A stretch of 64,000 nt of DNA from Polymyxa betae A26-41 (Eukaryota > Protista > Endomyxa: Phytomyxea). Position numbers and translations under genes: made by a program. Within the stretch, counting starts at the first letter, position 1. Each line of letters begins with the position of its first letter. The notes below the pieces were generated by a model that searched no databases, was not told the origin of the DNA, and saw nothing but the letters and a program-made list of their open reading frames with translations. Positions 1 to 10,896 of the stretch are shown here, one piece after another. The stretch spans positions 1-64,000 of the forward strand of contig RBZT01000234.1 in the NCBI GenBank assembly GCA_003693705.1, read 5' to 3'.

Positions 1-309
1 GCAGACTCGACTAAACGGGTATTGATGTTGTTGTAGAGAAATCATAGAACAATATCCGTACAATGTAACATTATCGGGCTTATATGAAGAGTGTCGTTAT
101 AGAGAGGGAGGACTGTAGTTTGTAAGTTACTCGGGTCGAAGAGTGGCTCGACCTGATCGACCAGGGTCAACTCGATGACAGAGACGCGACGGACACCGAG
201 TGGACCCCTTGACTCCTGACCCCACTGCCCTCCAAGTTCCAGAGTCATACCAACTCCCCCTTCCACCATCTGCATCTTCTAGGTACTTTGTTACGCTCAG
301 CTAAACAAC

Positions 310-2284
310 ATGACTCGAGTCATGAGTCGAAAGCGGGCCGTCGTGCTGGCCGCCACCGTATTGGTTGTCGTGCTGCTTCGCAACACATGCGCTACGACCT
401 CCCCGAGCTGTATTCCATGTCGGTATGTAACGTAATTAGAATGGTCATTCCGTAATACTGAGATCATGTTACAAGACGATTAAGGTGCCACAATATGGTC
501 AACGTTTGATTCAGGAATTGAAAGATGATCTTGCTCGTATCGGATCTAATCCAGATCCTCCTACATTTGAGAATACTCTTCTACCACTGGATCCCATTTT
601 TATAAATGGAACTCTGCACGATTTTCTTGTTCAGCTCATATTATTGGCAATGAGATGGATGACAATCGAGCCCTGCTTTTCATACAACTAAAAGACCCAG
701 CTCTGTTCCAGAACACGAGTGTTTATCAGCGTATTCGATCAGTTGTGGATGCGATGTCAGAGCAGGATGAAGAGCACCGATTTGCCTTAGCAGCTGAGGC
801 ACATTTCCGAGATTGCGGCGCCGACCTCAATCAGATCAGTCAGGAACGATTCAATGAGTTGACCAAGGAGCTTAACAAGCAGATTCGTAACTCCAGAATC
901 ATTCCTGATCCGTCTTCGTATCGACGCCTGATCTTGGCACAAACAGAGAGAGTCCAGCTCTCACAACAATATGATAATGTTGCAAATTCAAAAATCTCAC
1001 GGTCATGTGCTGGATCTGTTCAACAAGTTGAATCTACATTGAGTCAATATGCTGATTTATTCAACCAAATTGTAAGGCCGCCCAAACCTTTCACTTTTCA
1101 CCTCGTGATGTTTCTTTTTTCACATTCTCTATTCAGGCTAATGTCAACTTTCATCATGATATCTGACAATCTGATTTAGGATATAATGCATTTTCAAACG
1201 CAGCTAGACCGGAGCTCGTACACCTTTAAAGAATATGCGAATGAAGTCCGAGCTCGACTATTCTCGTTGAACCAGAATCGCTTCCTAATTGAAGACGTTA
1301 TCTGGAAAGGAATCTTCTTCGTTGCCGAACAGCTCTACGGACTACAATTCACTGAGCTCAGCAACATTCCCAAGTTACATCCTCATGTTCGTGTATTCGA
1401 GATACAGGAGGACGATGGCACTAAGCTCGGCCTTCTATTCATGGATCTCAAACGTCGCCCGAACAAAACTCCTAACAAGGACTGCGTAATGCCGTTGATG
1501 ACGAGATCATCCAATCTTCATCTTGATCAAGCTGCCTCCATCATTAATATTGTGCTCCCAGCGGATTCATCTCATATGGATGTTGATCAAGTAATTGATG
1601 CTCTAGGGCTTTGTAGCTAACTAACGAACTCTGTGTTTAGATGAACAGCCTGTTCCATGAATTCGGTCATGCTCTGTTCTCGAACCCGAAATATTCGATA
1701 TTATCAGCGTGCCTCGGCCCTACGGATTGGATTGAGTTTCCATCTTAATTGACTGAGATGTGGGCAATCGATACCCAAGTTCTGCAGCATATTGATCTAC
1801 ATTAACTGAAGAACAAATCTCTCAGATTCAGAATGAATACGTTGTCTTCGATGCGATCACAAAGCTCAAAAATTTACTCAATGGTATTGCTGGGTATCAT
1901 TGGAATCGTATCACTCACGATCCTAGCGATTTCAGTTTGTTTATTGATGAGCTGAGGAGCCAGTACGGTCTCGGATGGATACCTCGGGTGGAAGAGTATC
2001 TGGATCCGCTTGTACTCAGATTCCCGACCGCAGCATTGGCGTATGGATATTCATATTGTTGGGGTATAGCAAGATCTGCACAAGAATGGGTGAAGAATAA
2101 TGGAGGTCTCTGTAGAAAGGTTGGAGATCTTCTACGTAATGAGGTCCTATCAAAGGGTATGTCTGTACCATATCACCTAATGACACAACTCTTTCATCAT
2201 TACGAAAGTCTAATAACCATGATCCCGAATTTGGGCCAGCTCGACGTGCGCCGGTCCCCGACCTCTCAATATTCTTCCGTGTAA
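310..2284 (+). pseudogene. Decayed M3A metallopeptidase of bacterial peptidyl-dipeptidase Dcp type, with signal-peptide-like N-terminus and introns
   Basis: HEFGH zinc motif at 1656-1670 follows a GT-AG intron (1591-1640). Dcp-like blocks: PPTFENTLLPL, GIFFVAEQLYGLQFTE..LHPHVRVFEIQEDDG, YSYCWG..WVKNNGGLCRKVGDLLRNEVLSKG. In-frame TAA at 1746-1748 in DWIEFPS*LTEMWA (normally EFPSQ) plus apparent frameshifts. Hydrophobic leader MSRKRAVVLAATVLVVVLL. Confidence 0.85.
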
Positions 2285-2469
2285 AGTACAATAAAATCCG
2301 TTTGTTATTGATGGAAGCCCCGTCTCCGCCATGGTATTACGATGTCAACCTCTGGAAAACAAACGTGTTTCCCGTGGATGAAACTCGCGTCCCCTCCATG
2401 ACGCGATCCCCTTACAGCAAGTAACTCCGTGACCAGCGACAGCCTCAATATGATGTGGGTTGATATAAG

Positions 2470-3548
2470 CGGGAAGTCGTTCCAGCCGCCGGCGGCTGGG
2501 AGGCCACGCAGCCTCCGGCCGGTCCTTCATAGTCTGTGACTGATTGAGGGGAGGCTGGAGCAGCCTTCTAGCCTGCCACAATAAGAGCTTGTATCGGCAA
2601 CGTTTCTGTAATAGATATTTTCAAGCTTTATTTTTAGACGGCAGCGTGATTCTAAGATGTTTTATTAATTCGATTATCGTCCATGATGCAGCCCGGTCTC
2701 TGTCTGACTATAATCACGACAACTTGTCGTTGATTGACGAGGACGACCACTTTGAAAATAATGATATGAAAGCTTTGCCTGGGTCTTGTGAATCAGTACG
2801 AAACAATTCGCCACCATGCTCCGGATCAGATGAGTGAGATACGAAATCACTGAGGCAATAAAATCCCAGGAACTTTTTACGTTCGATTCAGGTGAAGCTC
2901 TGCCCTTTGACAAATCTCATCNNGATGCTCGAAGTGGTTAAACGGACATTCTCTGACCAAAGTGTTTGGGTTGCCAGAAACACCAAGAATTTTTCACAAG
3001 TATAGTTCAGTAATCGATTACAATTCGATGATCAGAAGAGGCTATTTCTATTGTACGTTCGGATTGCCGTAGAAATCCTAAATCCTCTGTATCATCCGCA
3101 GATACCAGATCCGCGAATTTTGCGATGCTGTGGTCATCGATGGCATTAAATGGATGCAATCCATACAGAATGACATGCATTGCCAATACTCTTATCAATT
3201 CGTTAGGCATATCTGTTATCGGCAGTTACTCGCACGCTCGATCGAAGGAATCTAATATTATCATCACAGCAATGAGATCTTTGACACATAAGATCTCAGC
3301 TCTTATGGAATGCAAGACTTGCCGTTTTCATGGTCTCGTTTCTACAAAAAATCACCGCTCTGGAGCAAAGTGTCCATTTTATAGATCATGAATACAGATT
3401 TAAAATTGGTGGGCAGGCGAAAGGCGAGGGCAAGAAATATGAGGTTGGGAGGGTAGGAGGCTGCTCCAGCCTCCCTCAATCAGTCATATGAAGGATCGGC
3501 CGGAGGTTGCGTGGCCTCCCAGCCGCCGGCGGCTGGAACGACTTCCCG
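2470..3548. mobile_element. Non-autonomous Mutator-like (MULE) DNA transposon
   Basis: About 100-bp terminal inverted repeats (2470-~2570 CGGGAAGTCGTTCCAGCCGCCGGCGGCTGGGAGGCC... and its reverse complement ending at 3548), flanked by a perfect 9-bp target-site duplication TGATATAAG (2461-2469 and 3549-3557). No intact transposase; NN gap at 2922-2923. Confidence 0.9.
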
Positions 3549-3652
3549 TGATATAAGGATGTATGATGTCATGACCCTGAGAACGTATCGATGACAGTCG
3601 AGTCTGATAATGAGTTTATTCCGTATATTGAATGTTGTATGATGATATGTAG

Positions 3653-4155
3653 TTAGAAATGTGTATGAAGAGGGGGTGGTTTTAATCCGAAATGAAATCT
3701 GTCATCCATCATATCATCATGATCTTGAACATCATGCCCATGATCATGGAAATTATTCGTCATAGATTGTTGACCTATATAATACAACATGGGTCAGGGC
3801 GTACTGGTCCCCAACACTACCCACATCCTCTCATACCATTGATATTGAGATTCTTGGTAGTCACCGTGGTATCCTGATCCGAATGCTCCTCAGCTGAACG
3901 ATGCGAATCCTGCCAACGGGTCAGACCCCCCGGACCCCAACATTCCCTGCCCCCTCAGCCCAGCGGGCCAGTACGTACCGAGTCCCGATCCACGTTACCA
4001 GCAAGAACATGATGATGGTCGTGGTCGATGATAGGATCGTCCAGCAGGTGGCCGTGATCGAAGAACTCCGCCCGGGCCGGCACGACCAGCATCAGCAGGA
4101 TCGTCAGCAGGGTGGTGGCCAGTACGACCGGGTACGACATCGTCCACTTCATCAT
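3653..4155 (-). CDS. Small secreted His/Asp-rich protein (about 123 aa, 3 exons)
   Basis: Exons 4155-3979, 3909-3837 and 3774-3653 join in frame across GT-AG introns. Signal peptide MSYPVVLATTLLTILLMLVVPARA, then EFFDHGHLLDDPIIDHDHHHV...NFHDHGHDVQDHDDMMDDRFHFGLKPPPLHTHF*. Confidence 0.75.
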
Positions 4156-4393
4156 GTCAGGAACAAGATTGCTATGAGGGTTTTAGGGCTAGTACATCCA
4201 GAAAGCCGGATCCGCACCGGAAGCCGTGAGTCATCATGATACGTTACCGATGGGGGCCAGCACTGCCGGCAGATTCCGGTGGAAATTGAGGAGCAGTACG
4301 GCCTATATACATAGAGCGTAGGCGCCGATCTTCCTATCTCGGGCTGCGAGTAGATAGGATGATGTTACACGATTTGAGAGCCATGAGCCAGTG

Positions 4394-4414
4394 AAACCCT
4401 AAACCCTAAAACCC
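4394..4414. repeat. Interstitial telomere-type repeat (AAACCCT)n
   Basis: AAACCCTAAACCCTAAAACCC; a second copy AGGGTTTTAGGG lies at 4177-4188. Confidence 0.7.
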
Positions 4415-4472
4415 AGAGAACCAAATACCAGTCTGAGAATCAAAACATTTTATTGTGTGCAGTGCCATTTCA

Positions 4473-5480
4473 TCATCGGATTTTGGAATTGCTGATCGGG
4501 AACCCAGCGGCATTACGATCAAGAAACTCGGAGTCCGGAGTCCCGGCTGCTAGTTGAGTGGACAGTACGACCTCCATCACCTCCCGGATAAAATCACGAT
4601 TGTGTTGATGGTGATTATTGTCAAGTAAGTCCTTGACGGTCTCCGATCCGGACCCGATCTCACGATTGCTCCAGGCCCATAACGCCCAGTAATGACGCCA
4701 TATGCCCCGGGCGGGGTCGTGCTGGTCCTTGGGATCCGCCCAGGCCTTGAGATAGTCCGCGTAATACACACAACGTCGATGCAGATTATCCGGCACCATG
4801 CGATACGTCGAGGACCAGTACGACAAGGCATCCAACACATCCGGCATCGTCTTCGCCCGAAACGGAATCGCATCGTCCCCGACCTCGATTCGGGCGCGGA
4901 CCACTTCGTACCCGCCCCGCTGCCCGTCGTCCGCGTAACGTCGCGCCGCAAATTCCAGGGCGTCGCCCAGCTGCTGATGACGATCGGCGACCAGGGCGAG
5001 AACGTCGCCGAGGCCGGGTCGCCGCGCCACGCGCCGCACCATCTCGGCCGCGTCGTACTGGCCGACGCGATCCAGGACGATCCGGAACAAGCGGGTCTTG
5101 GCGGCGACGTCAACGAACTCGCAATCGACGATGTTGAAGAGAGCAGCGACGGGTAGAGGCGTCTGACATCGATCCAGATAGGAGAGATAAAAGTCGAAAT
5201 GGACCGTGTTCAGAGCTCCAATTCCAATATCCGAATCATAGACCAGGAGCTGGGCGGAGACGTACCCGTCCAGACATTGGAGATCTCCAGCACGAGCTGC
5301 AGTCAGTAGGGGCGGTACGGCGGTAATGCGTGGCCGAAGGACACCGTCGTCGATGACGGCGCTGATCGGTTGATGATGATGATGGAGGCCCAGAAGGTGA
5401 CCGAGTTTCAGGACGGTCTTCATTAGGTTTAGGAATGTAGTTAAGAGATTGGAAATGGGACGGGCGTCGTTGGTTGCCAT
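4473..5480 (-). CDS. Hypothetical protein (335 aa, single GC-rich ORF), with one weak ankyrin-like motif
   Basis: Long uninterrupted ORF with GC-rich codon bias. AATAAA lies just downstream on the minus strand. PPLLTAARAGDLQCL resembles an ankyrin helix pair. Confidence 0.6.
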   Translation of the reverse strand: MATNDARPISNLLTTFLNLMKTVLKLGHLLGLHHHHQPISAVIDDGVLRPRITAVPPLLTAARAGDLQCLDGYVSAQLLVYDSDIGIGALNTVHFDFYLSYLDRCQTPLPVAALFNIVDCEFVDVAAKTRLFRIVLDRVGQYDAAEMVRRVARRPGLGDVLALVADRHQQLGDALEFAARRYADDGQRGGYEVVRARIEVGDDAIPFRAKTMPDVLDALSYWSSTYRMVPDNLHRRCVYYADYLKAWADPKDQHDPARGIWRHYWALWAWSNREIGSGSETVKDLLDNNHHQHNRDFIREVMEVVLSTQLAAGTPDSEFLDRNAAGFPISNSKIR

Positions 5481-7439
5481 GATGATATCTCTGCTTCCGA
5501 ACTGGGATCACACGGACCTGATCAATCGCTGTGATGAGATCAATGACCCCAAAACTTGTATGAATAATTCCGCTGCCAGACGTTGTTGAGAACAAGAACA
5601 GCTATAGGTCAATGACCGCCTCTGTTCGGTTTTATAATCTGATAGCATCAGAAGAGTGTTAAAATGGAGCCTTTCACGCTTTAACAGTTTATAATAGATC
5701 ATTTGCGGTTAAATTCATTTCACATTGTCGGTTTTCACGAATTTGGTGTATCTAAAGTACTTATCAGGTGTTCTCCGTCTTCGCTCTGTTTATTTTTGAC
5801 ACAGATTTGTCAGGTTTCCGAGATCTTCCACACCTTGATCTAATCACTACTGCAATCAACAACGAATCGTCGCTTTGGACTTTGTCTCGCGTTATCTCAA
5901 TAAACCACAACTAGCTCACTGTACAGCGGCAGGGCCATCACCGAGCCTGTTGTGACAGTCCGCCGCCTCGGACGTGCTGGCCCGCTCCATGACGGCCGCG
6001 GCCCAGACCACGTCCAGTGCCGGTTCGAGAACGAACGTTCCCGCTGTTCGATCACGATCTCAACTGCATCTGGCGCAGAACCATTGAATCCATGCCGGTC
6101 GTACTGGTGATGGGGATGGCGCGGGGTGGTGCTGGCCCCGATGCGTGCTCGAATGTGCCGTTCGGCGACGACGCCCTTCTGGCTCAGCCCAAATGACAGA
6201 CGTCAGATTTGTGGATGTCGACCTGCATATTCGAACTGAAGACCGCCATTCGATCGTGGTTCCGGATTCGGGACGAATTCCGGGACCGGAGCCAGTACGA
6301 CCGGCTCGAGCTGGAGATCCGCCGGACACAATGATGCGATACAGTTCTATGATCGACGTTGGTGTTCGTTTGCAGGCGGATCTCTGCCCGGAAGAGACAA
6401 AGATGTTCTAAGATGGACCAATGTGACCGGAGATGGAATGGTCGCGATCTCCTTTAATATGGTTGACGGGTTCAATGGGCCTTTCAGCACGTCCTACGAA
6501 TTGACGCTGAGCGATTTCCGTGCTGACGACAACAAGGAATCGATGAAACGATCGATTTGAAGCTTATTCGGTTTGTTGGTGATCAAGCTTGTACACTTGA
6601 ACATAAAGTAGAATAAAGAAAGATATATCATAGAGCTGTGTGTGTAGTTGTTCGAGAGAGCTTTAATCAATAATCTGCATGTTGCAAGTTCTGCATGGAA
6701 AATCTCACATCTAATCGCTGTTGTCATGAATCCCGTAGTTTTGTTCTGCTGAATCATAATATAGGATTTAACAAGAGCTTCATTATCTCGATATGACTTT
6801 CCTGTGGCATGTCAATATCGGCCAATGCCACTCATTTATAAATCGAGTAATAAAATGTATTCACAAAACCAACTTTTCCAGGCTGTTGAAATAGCATCGC
6901 ATCTAGTGAGAATCAGTATGAGTAAGAAGCTTAATACATTTCTTGATTGTTAGAAAGCAAGTTCGTCCGAGCTCGCTGCCATGTCAGCGATCATATTTTT
7001 CACACCCAACTTCGCTTTCCATAAAGTCTCGTTGATACCTCCGGCAGTCATCCCAGCCATGAACCTTTTCTGTGACCGCAATACGTTGCGGCATGTTGAA
7101 TTATTCAGCCGACAGCTTCAATTAGATTTGTGCTCACCATTGCTGGGCTCTCGCATGCAGGATACTGTACAGTGATTGCAGCGATAGTCAAGATAAAGCG
7201 TCAAACTCTTTCTCCAAGAAAATTGACATCATTTAAGCAGCAGTGCTTCTAGTCGTTTATGGACCCAGTATTAATTTAACACATGAGAGATGCATCTGTG
7301 TGATGAAGGCTGTGTAGGTTTAGGACTTCCCATCCTATTTGCCAGACCAAAATCCAGCCGTTCGAGTCAGACAGCCCCAGTTATTTGCTGATTCGTCAGT
7401 TGGGATCCATTGTTGATTTAACATCTGCCTGCCTGCACA

Positions 7440-10187
7440 TCACGCAGACATTTGTTCGCATTCGTATCGAATGAAAGCGTCAACAGATGGCTGAGGAGCT
7501 GCATCCAGCAGGTTGTTGAGAATATCCCTTGGACTTCGACTAAGTCCCGGCGCTAAGAACCGCTCTCGAAATCTACGTCCAGCAATTGGCGACATTGGAT
7601 CCGACTGGAAAAACTCTTTCCATATGTGCGACGATATTAATCGAGAGTATAGATAGCTGTTCAAAAGTCAGATATGGAATAACTAAGACCGGAATGGCTT
7701 TGATACAACACGCTGACGGCGATTATATCAAAACTGTACCTGTAATAGGTAGCACCATAACCACAAAAGTGAGAAAACGTTGTGTAAGGGTGTGTTCCCT
7801 CAACAAATTGATACGACATGTGATTGTTCTGGATCTCTGACCACACGCGTGTCAATTCTGAAACATGTTAAAGCGAAATAGCAACAAAGCTCTAGCCTGT
7901 TAGTACCTGGTATGGTGTCCGAGCGTCCAAATAAACGTTGGTCCATCAAGGCATACGTAACTTGGGTTTGTGTTTCAAGAGCAAAAAACATATTCCTAGA
8001 GGCCTGCAATTTCTCCAAATACGGTCGCATAGCACCATGACTTTGCCCTGACGCAAGAGTTAGAGCAATCCCGGATCAAGTATGAAACATCTACCTGTTA
8101 TCACCGATAAGATTCGGTAATCCCAGATGAAGTGTTCTAACAAATGCGAAGCAATTTCGACGAAATCACTTGGTCCCCTTGTGCCGGCCAAGTGCTTTTA
8201 ACGTTGTTAAAAATTTCTTTTCAGTTCAAAGAGCCAGAGCGTACAGAGTAATTCGAGTCTGACAGAAACAAATGTAGGGCGTGGCCAAGCTCGTGAAACA
8301 GAGTAACGCATTCGGAATGCCGAAGACAACGATTGCTAGGATTGAAACTGCAGATAATCACTGCAGATGGGATGACCCTATATATCAAACAGTATCAACT
8401 AAAATAGATTTCTGATTCAAATGAATTTATACTGCCCTGGAGAAGGATTTTGGACAGTGAACTGGGCAGGAGCTGAGAGCTTGTCTGGTCGTGCATAAAG
8501 ATCGAGATAGAGAGTCCCAACATGATTCGCATTGTAGTCCAATACTAGGAACTTTTGTAACTGATTCTTGAATGAATCCGACTCGACATTGTTTAAAGGG
8601 CATCGTTTGATTTGTATTCCGAACAGGTTCGTTATGATTGCATTGAACCCAGAAAGCAACTTATCTGCTTGGCAATAAGAATATTAAACTGAGTGCAAAG
8701 AAAGAAATCGAATGAAACGAACGATGTGTAAATCTATTAAATTTACCTAAAGGAATAGCAGGGATCTGGGCGAAGCTTAGTCCCATTTGACGGCGAATTT
8801 GGGTGGTATAAAAGGGTACGTCCCATGCATCAATAGGCGCCTCTCGGGATCCGTTCCTTGCAAACTGTAAAGCCTTGATCTCAGTGCTTGCTTTTGATCG
8901 GACGCGAGCGGATATTTCATTCAGAAAACTAAAAACTCGAGACGATTTCTGCATTAGCATTGATGATCTGTTATGCATTCAGCCATCAACACATACACAT
9001 GCCGAAAACACCAGTAAAAAAATTAAAAAGAAAACTTACAGTTTCAGATCGGCATAACAAGAATATCCCAGCATTTTACTATATTCTTTCCTCGATTTCA
9101 CTAATGAGTCAAGCACATTCAAGTTATCCTTAGCTTGAGAATGAACCTGCATATAGATCGCTCTGCGAGTAAGAGGATCTGTGCAGTGGGAAAGAAGAAT
9201 ATCTGAATTCGAAGGTGACAAAAGTACATAATCGCCCTATGAATCGATTGATTTTGAGAACATTGGTGTCGCTGGTCAAACCAACCATATGAAGAATATT
9301 GTGAACATACGAAGGCAGATGCCTTTTATGAACTCCAACAGGGTTGTCGAAAGATGGATTGAGAATATTGCGATGAAACCCAGTTTCCAATTTGGCGATT
9401 TGAAACGAGAGATCGGAGAGCCGAGTTTGGGTCTCGGAGGACAGCCCAATCCCGCTATGTTTCATATCGAGAATCAAAGTCGAGACCATCTGCTTCTGCT
9501 CTGGACTCAAAAAATCAAAAATTGATTTTTGAATCCTATCATGCGAATTTAGATGAATGACCATCAGTCGATTGCTGCATACTGGTCAAGGCAGGTGTAG
9601 ATTTTTGGATGGGAATTCAACTCGACCATAAAAGTAGACATCCGTTCATGAGCGATCTGGCCCTCCTTTCGCCAGGTCTCTGAATTTCTTAGTTCGACGT
9701 CCAATCAAGCGAAATTCGACATACCTTGAGGATGTACATGACGAATGAGTTCAGAAGCATCCAAAACACAGCAGCATTCATCCGAGATTTGATCTACTAA
9801 TCGAAGCGATTCTAAGGAGCTGGTAATGGAATCAGAAAATCTTCAAGAATAAACAATGAAAATGCAGGCACTAGGAAATCAATCTATAATTGCTTAGAGA
9901 AGCAAAATAAAGCGACTCCAAGCACAATCAAATAGAAAATCTCAAAACCGAGCAACCAATCGACAATTTATTTGAATATTGACATACTGCTGTGTTAGCG
10001 GCAATAGATCGATCAGAGATCTGCATTGGCTTATCGATTCATTAACCAAATCGCGAAACGCGGCTGGATGGTCTAACCCAGGGACCCCAAACAAACCCGG
10101 GCGTATCGCCAGCGAGGGTTGCCTTGCCCTTGCCGACGACGAAAGCACAGCCGCCCCCGACAGCCGGCGCCATACATCAAAAAGCAT
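7440..10187 (-). CDS. MIPEP: Mitochondrial intermediate peptidase (M3A, Oct1/MIPEP-like), multi-exon
   Basis: Presequence-like MLFDVWRRLSGAAVLSSSARAR; GLFGVPGL; LGYSCYAD; GTLYLDLYARPDK; TLFHELGHAL (HELGH at 8281-8295); FSHFCGYGATYY; AGRRFRERFLAPG. Confidence 0.92.
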
Positions 10188-10248
10188 GAGCGGGTAACCC
10201 AATGAGTCTGTGACGAGAGAGAGGTACCGTGATTGAACGAAGGCTCAC

Positions 10249-10635
10249 GGTTAGGCCCTATCTGGACCCCATGACCCCAACAAGTCTTTATACCCTTATA
10301 TGTGCTCTCTCACTTTACTTGAAGAATTCTCACTTGGCAATCGCTCTCTTCTCCTCTATACAATGTATCTTGGTTAGGCCCCATCTGGACCCCATGACCC
10401 CAACTCTCAATGCCAAGTCTTTATACCCCTATATGGCTCTCTCTTTACTTAAAGAGTCCTCACTTGGCAATTGCTCTCTTCTTCTCTATAAATTGTATCT
10501 TGGTTAGGCACCATCTGAACCCCATGACCCCAACTCTCAAGGCCAAGTCCTAAACCCCTATATGGCTCTCTCCTTTACTCTAAAGAGTCCTCACTTGGCA
10601 ATTGCTCTCTTCTTCTCCTCTATACATTGTATATT
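10249..10635. repeat. Tandem repeat, 3 copies of a 123-134 bp unit
   Basis: Units start at 10249, 10372 and 10502, each GGTTAGGC(C/A)..TCTG(G/A)ACCCCATGACCCCAAC...CTCACTTGGCAAT..CTCTCTTCT...TGTAT. Confidence 0.9.
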
Positions 10636-10896
10636 GGACGGCGGTTTGCCAGTCCTCCTAGCGCTGGCAATACAGAACAAGATGCCGGATGTCGAGATCA
10701 GCAGCTGTGGAATCTAGCCGGCGTCTTCTTTCAGACGATCGCGATGCATTCTCCTGTAACTGACTAATTAGTGTATTCCGAGAATATGTCAAGCTTCTCT
10801 GTTGTTTTTTTGCAGATATTCTCAATCGGATCGATTCCCTGATCTATTAGAAATATCTGTCATCATATATATGGCCGTTCTGTTGACATATCGATT

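Noticed and set aside
1-300. LTR-like or repeat fragment at the window start
   Set aside because: No second copy, primer-binding site or TSD visible; resemblance to the 10.2-kb repeat is too weak.
1746-1748. TAA read as Gln (alternative genetic code)
   Set aside because: Many intact genes here end in TAA and lack internal stops; the Dcp-like copy has other lesions, so this is a nonsense mutation.
6490-7400. Small gene between the orphan and MIP
   Set aside because: Only short ORFs; no consistent exon chain or motif could be built.
10249-10635. CRISPR-like array
   Set aside because: Whole 125-135 bp units are repeated with no unique spacers; eukaryotic context and no cas genes.
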